Notes under the pieces: generated by a model
What the model saw: only the letters and a program-made list of their open reading frames with translations
Database searches by the model: none
What the model was told of the DNA's origin: nothing
Program-made: the position numbers and the translations under genes
Source of the DNA: Terriglobia bacterium
GTDB taxonomy: Bacteria; Acidobacteriota; Terriglobia; JAJPHL01; JAPKYU01
Assembly (NCBI GenBank): GCA_965223005.1
Contig: CBDCVK010000010.1
Coordinates: forward strand, 800,001-864,000
Direction of reading: 5' to 3'
DNA: 64,000 nt
Part shown: one piece after another, positions 19,477 through 29,268 of the stretch
How the letters are laid out: each line of letters opens with the position of its first letter
Numbering within the stretch: the stretch's first letter is position 1

Positions 19477-20463
19477 TCACAACCGTATCGAGACGTGGGG
19501 CCGCCGCTCGAGATGGATGCTATCCACGAAGCGCACCTTGCCGGCGCTCCGGGTGAGCACCAGGGAGTGGGTCCGCGTCCCGTCGCCAAAAAAGCGGACG
19601 CCGCGCAGCAGGTTGCCGTCGGTCACGCCGGTGGCCGCAAATAGAATGTTGTTGCCGGGAGCCAGATCGTCGGTGGTGAAGATGGCTTTGGGATCCTTAA
19701 TGCCAACGCTTTGGATGCGCTCGCGCAGCTCCGGCCTGTCCACCACCAGCCGGGCCAGGATTTCCCCGTTCAAGCAGCGCAGGGCGGCGGCGGTTAGCAC
19801 GCCCTGCGCTGCTCCGCCCACTCCCATCAGAGCATGGACTGCGGTGCCCCGGACCGCAGCGGAAATACCAGCCGACAGGTCTCCCTCGTTAATCAAATGA
19901 ATTCGCGCGCCCGCCGCGCGAATTTCGCTAATGAGCTTTTTGTGCCGGGGACGATCCAGCACCACCACCACCAGGTCCTCCACCTCGCGGTCCAGGTGGC
20001 GCGCCAGGCGCTTTAAGTTCAGCGCCACCGGGGCATCCAGCTCCATGGCGCCCCGGCCCTCCGGCCCGACGATGATCTTGTCCATGTAGCACCGGGGAAC
20101 GTGCAGCAGGCCTCCAGGCTCGCTGGCCGCAAGCACCACCAGGGCGTTCGGGGCACCGGTGGAGCAGAGGCTGGCGCCCTCGAGCGGGTCGGCGGCGACC
20201 TCCACCTGGGGCAGCTTGGTGCTCTCGCCGCGCCCGACCTTCTCACCCACGTACAGCATGGGAGCTTTGCCCCGCTCTTCTTCGCCGATGGTGACGGTGC
20301 CCCTCATCGGCACGGTGTCCATCGCGCGCCGCATGGCCTCAACGGCTACCCGGTCAGAATGCTTCCGGTCGCCCATGCCCATGGTGTGAGCCGCCGCAAT
20401 GGCCGCTTGTTCGACCGCCTGTAGAAACCAAGGCGAAAGCTCGCGCTCGATCGGCCCTCCCAT
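19477..20463 (-). CDS. glpX: Class II fructose-1,6-bisphosphatase homolog with atypical active-site residues
   Basis: [38 protein letters not shown]; several conserved catalytic positions are substituted. Confidence 0.88.
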   Translation of the reverse strand: MGGPIERELSPWFLQAVEQAAIAAAHTMGMGDRKHSDRVAVEAMRRAMDTVPMRGTVTIGEEERGKAPMLYVGEKVGRGESTKLPQVEVAADPLEGASLCSTGAPNALVVLAASEPGGLLHVPRCYMDKIIVGPEGRGAMELDAPVALNLKRLARHLDREVEDLVVVVLDRPRHKKLISEIRAAGARIHLINEGDLSAGISAAVRGTAVHALMGVGGAAQGVLTAAALRCLNGEILARLVVDRPELRERIQSVGIKDPKAIFTTDDLAPGNNILFAATGVTDGNLLRGVRFFGDGTRTHSLVLTRSAGKVRFVDSIHLERRPHVSIRL

Positions 20464-20688
20464 CGCTCTTCATTACAGCACAGATGCCGGGATACAGCAT
20501 AGATGCCGGGATGGAGCCAGCCACGCTCTAAGCGGCTCGCGATACTCAGCAGTCGGCGGGCAGCTAGGTAGTTCAACTAACCTGTCGGTTTGCCTGCCTG
20601 GCTCGCGTATGCTACCCCTGCGCGGCGTTCCGGCGCGGGCTGGTCGTGGCGGGGGCGGCCCCATCAGGGCATTACAACCTGCGATCTG

Positions 20689-22233
20689 ATGTCTATGCTT
20701 CCCAAAGTTGCTCTGGTAGGTGCTGGCCCTGGCGACCCCGGCCTGCTCACGGTGCGCGGTCGCGAGCTGCTGGAGCGCGCCGAGGTGGTAATCTACGACC
20801 ATCTGGCCAATCCGGTCCTGCTGGACTACGCGCTCCCGGAGGCCGAGCGTCTTTACGTTGGCAAACGATCGCGCCAGGACCCACAGTACCAGGAAAACAT
20901 CAACGCCCTGCTGCTGGAGAAGGCCCGAGCGGGAAGGCGCGTGGTGCGGCTGAAGGGCGGCGACCCGTTCATTTTCGGGCGCGGTGGCGAGGAAGCCGAA
21001 GCGCTCCGCGCTGCCGGCATCTCTTACGAGGTGGTGCCTGGCGTCACGGCCGGCTATGCGGTCCCGGCCTACGCCGGCATCCCCATCACCCAGCGCGAAG
21101 TCACCTCTGCCGTGGCCTTCGTCACCGGACACGCGGACCCGGAGACAGAGGAAAGCACGGTGCGCTGGGACCAACTGGCCACAGCCGCCAGCACGCTGGT
21201 GCTGTACATGGCGTGGGCGAACCTGGCAGCCATCGCGCGCAAGCTCATCCAGTGTGGCCGCCCGCCGGAAACGCCGGTGGCTGTGACCTGCCGGGGAACG
21301 ACTCCGTTGCAGCAAACCGTCACCGGAACGCTGGCCGATATTGCGGCGCGCGTGGCTGAGCGCGGCCTGAAGCCGCCCACCATCACCGTGGTGGGGGAGG
21401 TGGTTTCGCTGCGCGACACGCTGGCTTGGTTCGAGCGCCTGCCGCTGTTCGGCCGGCGCATTGTGGTGACTCGCGCGCGGAATCAGGCTGCCGCACTGGC
21501 CAGCGGCCTGCGCGAGCGTGGCGCCCTCGCGATTGAGCTGCCCACCATTGAGCTGCAGGACCCGAAGAGCTTCGCCCCGCTGGACCAAGCGGTACGCGAG
21601 CTGGAGGCGTATGACTGGCTGGTGTTTACCAGCGCCAACGGCGTGGAGAAATTCTTCGCCCGGCTGGAAGCTGCGGGGCGGGATGCGCGCGCCATCCGCG
21701 GTCGCGTTTGCGCCATCGGCCCGGCAACCGCCGACCGGCTCCGGGGCCACGGCGTGCGGGCCGACCGCATGGCCGCCGAGTACCGCGCCGAGGGCGTGCT
21801 GGCGGCACTGGCAGCGACAGCAACGCCCGAAGCCGCTTCGCCCAGCCAGACCCTAGCCGGGCAGCGCATCTTGATCCCACGCGCGGCAGTGGCCCGCGAC
21901 CTGCTGCCACGCGAACTTCAGGCCCGTGGCGCCCGCGTGGACGTGGTGGAAGCCTATCGGACGGTGGGGGCCGAAATTCCTACTCCGGTTTTGCGCGGGC
22001 TGGTGGAAGAGGGGGCTGACTTAATCACTTTCACCAGTTCTTCCACCGCGGAGAACTGCCCGGCCGAGCTGCGGACGATTCCGGCGGCTTCGATCGGGCC
22101 CATCACTACCGAAACCGCCAGGCGCCTGGGCTTCCAGGTGGTGGCGGAGGCGCAGGAGTACACGGTGGAAGGGCTGTTGGCTGCGCTGGAAGGCCATTTT
22201 GCGCATGCCCCGCAGCAGCCCGTGATAAAATAG
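20689..22233 (+). CDS. cobA: Uroporphyrinogen-III C-methyltransferase / uroporphyrinogen-III synthase fusion (CobA-HemD)
   Basis: GAGPGDPGLLT and RLKGGDPFIFGRGGEE, followed by HemD motifs VFTSANGV, AIGPATA and FTSSSTA. Confidence 0.95.
   Translation: MSMLPKVALVGAGPGDPGLLTVRGRELLERAEVVIYDHLANPVLLDYALPEAERLYVGKRSRQDPQYQENINALLLEKARAGRRVVRLKGGDPFIFGRGGEEAEALRAAGISYEVVPGVTAGYAVPAYAGIPITQREVTSAVAFVTGHADPETEESTVRWDQLATAASTLVLYMAWANLAAIARKLIQCGRPPETPVAVTCRGTTPLQQTVTGTLADIAARVAERGLKPPTITVVGEVVSLRDTLAWFERLPLFGRRIVVTRARNQAAALASGLRERGALAIELPTIELQDPKSFAPLDQAVRELEAYDWLVFTSANGVEKFFARLEAAGRDARAIRGRVCAIGPATADRLRGHGVRADRMAAEYRAEGVLAALAATATPEAASPSQTLAGQRILIPRAAVARDLLPRELQARGARVDVVEAYRTVGAEIPTPVLRGLVEEGADLITFTSSSTAENCPAELRTIPAASIGPITTETARRLGFQVVAEAQEYTVEGLLAALEGHFAHAPQQPVIK
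22223..22231 (+). promoter_or_regulatory. Extended -10 promoter (TGnTAAAAT) for the S2P-trpS operon
   Basis: TGATAAAAT about 30 nt upstream of the S2P start. Confidence 0.5.
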
Positions 22234-22263
22234 TAGTTTGTCGCCCGCGTCCATCGGCGCCAA

Positions 22264-22962
22264 GTGCCCGACCCAAAGGCGGGCAGAGCCTGCTTGAGTC
22301 CCTACATCATCTTCGACGTTGTTGCCCTATTGTTTGCCATCAGCATCCACGAGTCCGCGCACGCCTGGTCGGCCAATCGCCTGGGCGATCCCACGGCGCG
22401 CCTGCTGGGGCGCATCACACTGAACCCGCTGCGCCACATTGACCCTATCGGCACGGTGCTGTTCCCCCTGATGCTGGCGTTTGCCGGCCTGCCCATCTTC
22501 GGCTGGGCTAAGCCCACTCCGGTGGACCTGCGGCACTTGCGCCACCCGCGGCGTGACGACATACTGGTCTCGGCGGCCGGCCCGGCCAGCAACTTCCTGG
22601 TGGCGCTGGTGGCGGTCCTCCTGCTCCTCGGCATGCGCCTGATGTCTCCTCAAGGGGCGGCCGTGGTCAACGGCCTGACCGCCGGCTTGGTTCGGGGCGA
22701 CTCGTTGCTGACGCCGATCGCGCTGCTGTTCTACCACTTTTTGTTTATTAACCTCCTGCTGGGGGTGTTCAACCTGATCCCGATTCCCCCGCTCGACGGC
22801 AGTCATATCCTGTCCGGACTGCTGCCCGACCGGCTGCGCTCGCTTTATTCTGAGGTAGGCCGCTTCGGCTTCTTGCTGCTGTTGCTCCTGCTGTGGACCG
22901 GTGTTCCCTACCGACTCTTCTCGCCCGTGCTCGGGCTGTTTCATTCCCTGCTGAGGTTGTAA
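22264..22962 (+). CDS. Site-2 protease (M50) family
   Basis: HESAH zinc motif, AGPASN, FNLIPIPPLDG. Confidence 0.93.
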   Translation: MPDPKAGRACLSPYIIFDVVALLFAISIHESAHAWSANRLGDPTARLLGRITLNPLRHIDPIGTVLFPLMLAFAGLPIFGWAKPTPVDLRHLRHPRRDDILVSAAGPASNFLVALVAVLLLLGMRLMSPQGAAVVNGLTAGLVRGDSLLTPIALLFYHFLFINLLLGVFNLIPIPPLDGSHILSGLLPDRLRSLYSEVGRFGFLLLLLLLWTGVPYRLFSPVLGLFHSLLRL

Positions 22963-22968
22963 ACGCGA

Positions 22969-24021
22969 GTGCCCCGGAAACGCCAGGAACGCCAGAAAAG
23001 AGTGCTGAGCGGAATGCGGCCCTCCGGCAAGCTCCACGTGGGCAACTACCTGGGGGCGCTGGTGAACTGGGTGAAGATGCAGGAGGAGTTCGACTGCTTC
23101 TTCTTCATTGCCGACTGGCACGCGCTGACCACCGACTACGCCGACACCCACCAATTGAAGGAGAACACTCTGGAGGTGATCATCGACTGGCTGGCTTGCG
23201 GCCTGGACCCGGCCCGCGCCACCCTGTTCGTGCAGTCGCACGTGCCCCAGCACGCCGAGCTGCATCTGCTATTGTCCATGATTACCCCACTGGGCTGGCT
23301 CTATCGCGTGCCCACTTACAAGGAGCAGCGCGAGCAGATCCGAGACAAGGACCTGGACACCTATGGGTTCCTGGGCTACCCCGTGCTGCAGTCGGCCGAT
23401 ATCCTGATGTACAAGGCCGACCTGGTTCCGGTGGGCGAGGACCAGGTGGCGCACGTGGAGTTGACGCGCGAGATTGTGCGGCGTTTCAACAGCTTTTTCC
23501 CGTTGCCCGAAGGTGGCGTCGTGTTCCCCGAGCCACAAGCCTATCTGACACCCTCGCCGCGCATACCTGGCCTGGACGGCCGCAAAATGTCGAAAAGTTA
23601 CGGCAATGCCATCCTGCTCAGCGAGCCGGAAGGCGAGATGCGCAAAAAGATCGCTACCATGATGACCGACCCGGCCCGGAAGCGGCGCAGCGACCCAGGT
23701 AATCCCGAGGTTTGTCCGGTATTCGACTACCATAAGGTGGTCTCGCCACCCGAGGTGATCGGGTGGGCCGACCAAGGCTGCCGGACCGCTGGGATCGGCT
23801 GCCTCGATTGCAAGCAGGCCATGGCCGATGGGCTGGTCAAACTCCTGAACCCCATCCAGCAGCGCCGGCGTGCTTACGAAGAGGAGCCGCATCGCGCCTG
23901 GCAGGTGCTTGAGGAAGGCGGCGAACGAGCCCGTGCTGCGGCCCGCACCATCATGCAGGAGGCACACGCCGCTACCCGGATGACCCATCAGTTCCCCGCC
24001 CGAAAACCCGCCTCCGAGTGA
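22969..24021 (+). CDS. trpS: Tryptophan--tRNA ligase
   Basis: SGMRPSGKLHVGNY, YPVLQSADIL, VPVGEDQ, KMSKS. Confidence 0.97.
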   Translation: MPRKRQERQKRVLSGMRPSGKLHVGNYLGALVNWVKMQEEFDCFFFIADWHALTTDYADTHQLKENTLEVIIDWLACGLDPARATLFVQSHVPQHAELHLLLSMITPLGWLYRVPTYKEQREQIRDKDLDTYGFLGYPVLQSADILMYKADLVPVGEDQVAHVELTREIVRRFNSFFPLPEGGVVFPEPQAYLTPSPRIPGLDGRKMSKSYGNAILLSEPEGEMRKKIATMMTDPARKRRSDPGNPEVCPVFDYHKVVSPPEVIGWADQGCRTAGIGCLDCKQAMADGLVKLLNPIQQRRRAYEEEPHRAWQVLEEGGERARAAARTIMQEAHAATRMTHQFPARKPASE

Positions 24022-24205
24022 AACAACCACGTTTCGTATCAAGGGCGTGCGCTTCGCCGCCGCAGAAATTAACCTGAATCCTCGATCACGAAACTCGCAT
24101 CTCAGCACCCAGGGGTGGCGACTGTACTGCCGGGCCGGTGCGCGCGCATTCGCAGCAAGAACCTACCCGGCGGAGAAAGTGGTCGTTCCCCTTTTTGGTG
24201 GATGC

Positions 24206-24214
24206 TGATATAAT
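24206..24214 (+). promoter_or_regulatory. Extended -10 promoter (TGnTATAAT) for the Crp/Fnr gene
   Basis: TGATATAAT about 40 nt upstream of ATG 24253; GAGG RBS. Confidence 0.6.
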
Positions 24215-24252
24215 TAGTCACAAAGCTTCCAGTTCAGCAGCGAGGTGGGTAC

Positions 24253-24942
24253 ATGGCTGAGCGGATCGAGAACCATCTTTTTGTTTTCGCAGGATTGTCG
24301 CCGGAGGAAGCCAAGCGCTTGTTGCAGGGTTCCCGGCTGCGTAGATATACCGCTGGCGAGACGGTCTACGAGGCGGGCGAACCCCAGACGGCCTTGCTGC
24401 TGCTTCTACAGGGGGCAGTCAAGGTCTGGGTTCCCCAACCGCGCCCGCTCATCCTGGAGATCGTGCTGCCCGGAGAGTCGTTCGGCGACTTCTGCCAGGA
24501 TGGCCAGGGCCGTGGTGCGGAGGAGGCGGAAGCACTGGAGCCGTCAGTGGTGCGCGCCTTTCCTTTTGCGCGGCTACTCGCCGGCAGCCCCAATGGCACC
24601 CAGCCCACGCTGGGCCAGCGGCTGCTGGGCCTGTACTGCCGGCGCGCCGCCCAGGCCCGCTATCTCTGGTGCAGCGGGGTGAGCGAGGATGTGCCGCAGC
24701 GGGTGGCTCGCCGCCTGCTGGAACTGTTGCGCCACGTCCCGGATGGGCCCGGCATGGCCGCCGTTCCGGTGCGCCTGCGCCAGGAGGACTTGGCCTATCT
24801 GGTGGGTGCCACCCGCACTACGGTTTCGGAAATCCTCAACGATTTCGAGCGCCGTGGCCTGGTGGAGCTCAAGCGCGCCAGCTTCCGGGTCGATCGCCGT
24901 AAGATCCAGCAGACTCTCTGGCCTTCACGGAGTGCCGCCTAG
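24253..24942 (+). CDS. Crp/Fnr family transcriptional regulator
   Basis: cNMP-binding domain (GAVKV..PGESFG) plus HTH RQEDLAYLVGATRTTVSEILNDFERRGLV. Confidence 0.9.
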   Translation: MAERIENHLFVFAGLSPEEAKRLLQGSRLRRYTAGETVYEAGEPQTALLLLLQGAVKVWVPQPRPLILEIVLPGESFGDFCQDGQGRGAEEAEALEPSVVRAFPFARLLAGSPNGTQPTLGQRLLGLYCRRAAQARYLWCSGVSEDVPQRVARRLLELLRHVPDGPGMAAVPVRLRQEDLAYLVGATRTTVSEILNDFERRGLVELKRASFRVDRRKIQQTLWPSRSAA

Positions 24943-25143
24943 GGCGCTTCACCGGCCATTTCTAGCCGGGCGGGTGTCACGGCGTTCGCGCACTCGTGGC
25001 GCGACGGGAGCGCTTTCGTACTCCAGTGGCACGCCCGTAAGACCCAGCCCGTCCACTTGCACCCGGATTTGCTGAGCGCGGACGAGCTGCGCTCCGTTCA
25101 GGGCTTTGACGTGGCTCGGGCGCGGCAGGTAAGCTGAAGGCGT

Positions 25144-26016
25144 ATGGACGGCGTGCTGGTGCTGGACAAACCGGCGGGCATTACTTCGCACGATGTGGTG
25201 CATCAGGCCCGACGTATCCTTTCGATCAAACGCGTCGGGCACCTGGGGACACTGGACCCGATAGCCACCGGCGTTCTGCCGCTGGTGGTGGGCCGCGCCA
25301 CCCGCCTGGCGCAGTTCTACCGCGACCGAGACAAGCTCTACGAAGGCTCGATGCGGCTAGGTTTTGCCACGGATACGTACGACCGCACCGGCACCCCAAC
25401 GACCCCAGAGATGACTCCGGAGGTTTCCACTGAGGACCTGGAGGTCGTGCTTCGCGAACTCAGAGGCGAGTACGACCAGCAGCCGCCGCCCGTCTCGGCC
25501 AAGAAGGTGGGGGGTGTGAAGGCCTATGAGCTGGCGCGCCGGCGCCAACAGGTGGAGCTGCCATCGGTGCGCGTGCACGTGAAGGAGTTAACACTGCTTG
25601 CCTGGGAGCCGCCGCGGCTGCACTTCCGTGTTCTGTGCTCAGGCGGAGCCTACGTGCGCTCTCTGGTGCACGACCTCGGGCGACGGCTGAGCTGCGGGGC
25701 GCACGTGGCCGAGCTGCGCCGCCTGGCCTCGGGCGAGTTCACGGACAGGGAGGCACTGACGCTGGAGCGGCTGCGCCGGTTGCAGGCCGAGCAGCGGGTT
25801 GCTGAGGCGCTTCTGCCCACCGCATCGCTGCTGCCGGAATTCCCCGTCTACAAGCTGCCGCCGGCGGCGGTGGCCACCGTGCTGCATGGCCACGACTTCC
25901 GCACGTTCCCACCGGTTACCTGGCAGCGCATCAAGGTGCTGGCCCCCGACGGCCGCCTGCTGGCCATCGCCGAGCGCGGCACGGCCGGCTTCTATCACCC
26001 CTCGATCGTTCTATAG
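25144..26016 (+). CDS. truB: tRNA pseudouridine(55) synthase
   Basis: LDKPAGITSHDVV, GHLGTLDPIATG, QQPPPVSAKK, GAYVRSL. Confidence 0.96.
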   Translation: MDGVLVLDKPAGITSHDVVHQARRILSIKRVGHLGTLDPIATGVLPLVVGRATRLAQFYRDRDKLYEGSMRLGFATDTYDRTGTPTTPEMTPEVSTEDLEVVLRELRGEYDQQPPPVSAKKVGGVKAYELARRRQQVELPSVRVHVKELTLLAWEPPRLHFRVLCSGGAYVRSLVHDLGRRLSCGAHVAELRRLASGEFTDREALTLERLRRLQAEQRVAEALLPTASLLPEFPVYKLPPAAVATVLHGHDFRTFPPVTWQRIKVLAPDGRLLAIAERGTAGFYHPSIVL

Positions 26017-26751
26017 CCAGGAACGGTCATGGCATCTTCGGATCATGGCGTTATGATTTGTGTTTCCTGACAGCCTGTTAGGTTCTACGCTATGGCGAGT
26101 TCCGAGCCTGGTTTTGGGTAGACGCGCTTCTTCCTGTGCCAATCGGTTCGGGCTGCTGTTCAGCGCCGGATTCCCCGTGGAGGTATCCATCAGCAGAGCG
26201 ATGGGGTGGTCGAAGTCAGGAGTCTCCAGCACTTCGACGCGCCACAGGCCGGCGCGTTTGACCAATACGGCACGCCCCTCGTATTCTTCATTCGGCACGG
26301 GGGATTTGGAAAGCAAGGCCTGTGCAGGGGAAGTGACCTCGGTCCAGTGGTAGCGGAAACGTACGCCGCGCCGCCCTTCACGGTCCTGAAAGCCTTCCAG
26401 GTTGCTGATCACCCGGCGGCCGGCACCAACCACCGAGGCAATCTCACCGCGAGTTTCGGCGAAATAGGCGCGTCCTTTTCCCTCCAGCACCATTCCCTCG
26501 GGAGTCCATTTCCAAAATCCAGCCCGCACACCTCGTCCCAAAAACCCCAGCGGGTCATATTCGATCGTGCGCGAGAACCGGAGCGGGAATTCCGGCACGC
26601 GAAACGGCTCAAAGCTTTCGATCGCCTGCCGAATCTCGCGCTCGCTCTTGCCGGTCAACAGCAGCCAGGGAAGAGAAATCAGCACCACCACCAATCCCAG
26701 TAACTGGGGGAGTCCCAGTGGCAAGCGGCGCAGCGGATTCACTCGGGTCAC
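26011..26751 (-). CDS. Hypothetical membrane-anchored protein
   Basis: N-terminal TM segment; 246-aa ORF whose C-terminal ~45 aa may be frameshift read-through. Confidence 0.6.
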   Translation of the reverse strand: MTRVNPLRRLPLGLPQLLGLVVVLISLPWLLLTGKSEREIRQAIESFEPFRVPEFPLRFSRTIEYDPLGFLGRGVRAGFWKWTPEGMVLEGKGRAYFAETRGEIASVVGAGRRVISNLEGFQDREGRRGVRFRYHWTEVTSPAQALLSKSPVPNEEYEGRAVLVKRAGLWRVEVLETPDFDHPIALLMDTSTGNPALNSSPNRLAQEEARLPKTRLGTRHSVEPNRLSGNTNHNAMIRRCHDRSWL

Positions 26752-26855
26752 AATTCAGGTGTGGTATATAAAATGAGGAATTAATAGAGAATAAAGCGCA
26801 GGTAAGAATTAATTTTAATTTCTAATTCTTCACGCTTTTCAGTCACAACTTTAGT

Positions 26856-28064
26856 CTAGGCGGCTTTCTTCTGGGCCTGGTTTTTGAGAACCTCCAGCGC
26901 CCGCTTGAGCACAGTATCTTCCGGCGTGGGTTCTCGTCCGGGTTCCCGCTCCTCATCCACCCAGGGGCCCTCCTCCAGCAGCGCGTCGGTGACCGCTACG
27001 TTGGGGGTGATGCCGAGGCCCTGAATGGCCTTGCCGCCGGGCGTATAGTACTTGGCCACCGAGAGGATCAAGGCAGCTCCATCGTCCAGCGGGATTACCT
27101 GCTGCACCGAGCCCAGCCCGTAGGTTTTTTCCCCGACCACATCTCCGCGCCCGTTTTCCAGAATCGCCGAGGCCACCACCTCCGCGGCGCCCGCGGTGCC
27201 TCGGTTCACAAGGACCACCATGGGGAGCTTCAGAAGGAATTTGGAGGGTTCCGCAGCAAAGGTCCGACGAGGATACTTCTGGCCTTCCAGGTAGGTGATC
27301 ACCCCGTGGTCCAGAAACAGGTTGGCCGCAGCGATTCCTTCGCTGATCTCTCCTTCGGCCGCGCCCCGCAGGTCCAGGACCAAGCGCTGAGCCCCGCTGC
27401 TAATGAGCCGGAGCGCGTGGGAAGCAAGCTCGCTGGCTTTCCCCTCGGGGAAGCCTTCTACCTGGAGATAGCCGATGCCCGGTTCCAGAGTCTTGAAAGT
27501 GACCGACGGAAATGTCACTTCCTCACGCTGGAGCGCCAGTTTTTGCGGTTCCCCTCGGCGGACACGCACTACGGAAAGGTTGACCACCGTGCCCGGTTCC
27601 CCGGCGAGGGTTCTTTTAATTTCTTCTAGTGACATTTCCCGAGTGGAAGTACCGTTCAGCCCTTCAACAATGTCCCCGGACTGGAGCCCGGCCTGCGCGG
27701 CCGGCCCGTCGCGGATGACGCTGACAACAGATGCGTAACCGAATTTCTTGGAAACGACGAGACCCAGGTTGCCTTTGCTGCTCGCCTGGCGCCTCTGATA
27801 CTCCAGGTATTCGTTGGGGCTCAAGTAACTGCTGAACGGATCCAGCGATTCCAGCAAGCCATGCAGGGCTCCCTTGGTTACGTTGTTCAGATCCGGCTCT
27901 TCCACATAATCGTTGCGAATTTTTGACAATACCTCGCTGTAAACTGCCAGCTGACGGTACGCGCCTTCTGAAGGAAGGGTCTTCCCGAGCACTCCTCCAA
28001 TCACGATCAGCGCCGCTAGTACGGTGCTCGACCACACTACAACCGCTCTGCCTCGACGATTCAT
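26856..28064 (-). CDS. S41/CtpA-like PDZ protease homolog, predicted inactive
   Basis: N-terminal TM, LDPFSSY, PDZ domain, LDLRG, AKYYTPGG..IQG.GITP. GTAGAAE and TYGLG replace the usual TASASE and TFGKG. Confidence 0.9.
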   Translation of the reverse strand: MNRRGRAVVVWSSTVLAALIVIGGVLGKTLPSEGAYRQLAVYSEVLSKIRNDYVEEPDLNNVTKGALHGLLESLDPFSSYLSPNEYLEYQRRQASSKGNLGLVVSKKFGYASVVSVIRDGPAAQAGLQSGDIVEGLNGTSTREMSLEEIKRTLAGEPGTVVNLSVVRVRRGEPQKLALQREEVTFPSVTFKTLEPGIGYLQVEGFPEGKASELASHALRLISSGAQRLVLDLRGAAEGEISEGIAAANLFLDHGVITYLEGQKYPRRTFAAEPSKFLLKLPMVVLVNRGTAGAAEVVASAILENGRGDVVGEKTYGLGSVQQVIPLDDGAALILSVAKYYTPGGKAIQGLGITPNVAVTDALLEEGPWVDEEREPGREPTPEDTVLKRALEVLKNQAQKKAA

Positions 28065-28114
28065 GATGTGGAAACGTCTCCTCTGGATGCGATGAGCAGT
28101 CTCCGGAGCCTCGT

Positions 28115-28123
28115 AGTATAACA
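28115..28123 (-). promoter_or_regulatory. Extended -10 promoter (TGnTATACT) for the S41 gene
   Basis: The reverse complement of 28115-28123 is TGTTATACT. Confidence 0.55.
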
Positions 28124-28129
28124 CGCCTG

Positions 28130-29173
28130 CTAGGCGCGGTGAGGATTTCGGCGAGCAGCTGTATCGCTCAGCGTGAGGCAGGTCTGGGAGATGCGGTCAT
28201 GCCAGCTAAGCCCGTCTTCGTCAACGGCCGCCCACAAGAACCCAACGCCCAGGCTAGCTGTGCTGGCCAGCAGGCCCAGGAGTCGCGCAAGGCGCAGCTC
28301 GCGGTGGGCCGGAAGCCCATCCAGGTCTACCAGCCGAAGACCTATCCAGCGCATGCCCGGAGTCGCGCCGGAAAAATACAAGAACAGGGCCATGTAGCTG
28401 AGCGCCAGAAAGGCCAGACCGGCCCCAAGGGCGAACAAGGCGATATGCTGGAGCGGGAATTTTCCACCCAGTAGGGCGTAGACAGCAATAAACAAGGCGT
28501 AGCCGCCGACCAGCACACTAGCATCGGCCACCCCGGCCAGCATCCGGGCAACTAGCGGTGCCACCGGGAAACTGGCCGGTTTCGACGGTGATGGGAGTGG
28601 TTCGGGAAATCTCAGTGACCCCTGGGATAAAGAAGGAACTGGCGCTTGGGAACGGTGGATTGGCGGGGCGCCCGGCCTCGAGGAAGCCTGTGATTTGGAC
28701 CGCCCTTCGGAGGGCGCCCCCTTCGTCGGCAATGGTTCTCTGGACTGCGGGAGTGAAGTCCGGGGGCCGCCGGATCTGGTCTCAAACGGAATGACCCTGC
28801 GCAGCTGCTCGGGAGGGAACCGGCGGGCAGGTGAGCCTGCGGCGCCCGGCGCGGGTTCCCGGCTGTCGAAATTTAGCGGAAGGCTTTGCTGGGCCCGGCG
28901 ACGCTCGCGAAAGCGTTCTAGGCGGTAGGAGACTTCTTCCTGCCACGGGTTTGGAGTCGCAGCCAACGCGCCCTGGGATGAGCACGAGGCAGTTCCGACG
29001 GCTGATGAGCGAGGCGGCGGCGCAGCAGACGCTCCGGCCCGCGCCGCCTCATCCATTGGGGCCTCGTTTACACTAACGGGCCGTTGGTTCTCGGCGGCAA
29101 ACCGCCGGCCACATCGTTCGCAGCGGTATTCACTCTCATCGCTCGGATACCCGCAGCAGGAACAAAGAATCAC
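28130..29173 (-). CDS. RDD family membrane protein with an N-terminal zinc ribbon
   Basis: CSCCG..CERCG, a Pro-rich linker, then RDD motifs (ARMLAGVAD, ATPGMR, WHDRISQT); GTG start inferred. Confidence 0.85.
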   Translation of the reverse strand: MILCSCCGYPSDESEYRCERCGRRFAAENQRPVSVNEAPMDEAARAGASAAPPPRSSAVGTASCSSQGALAATPNPWQEEVSYRLERFRERRRAQQSLPLNFDSREPAPGAAGSPARRFPPEQLRRVIPFETRSGGPRTSLPQSREPLPTKGAPSEGRSKSQASSRPGAPPIHRSQAPVPSLSQGSLRFPEPLPSPSKPASFPVAPLVARMLAGVADASVLVGGYALFIAVYALLGGKFPLQHIALFALGAGLAFLALSYMALFLYFSGATPGMRWIGLRLVDLDGLPAHRELRLARLLGLLASTASLGVGFLWAAVDEDGLSWHDRISQTCLTLSDTAARRNPHRA

Positions 29174-29226
29174 TTTGGAAAAATCACTTTCGCTTATCGC
29201 CCTCTGAGCGAGAAAAAAGCTGCAAC

Positions 29227-29256
29227 TTGCGCCTCTCACATGGGCGATGCTAAGGT
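29227..29256 (+). promoter_or_regulatory. Putative sigma70 promoter for lptD
   Basis: TTGCGC-18 bp-TAAGGT with a TG extension. Confidence 0.45.
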
Positions 29257-29268
29257 GTCTTTCACGTC

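Noticed and set aside
20473-24108. Long antisense ORFs (20473-21750, 22327-23265, 23269-24108) and similar ones elsewhere
   Set aside because: They are shadow frames of well-supported genes in high-GC DNA and have no recognisable motifs.
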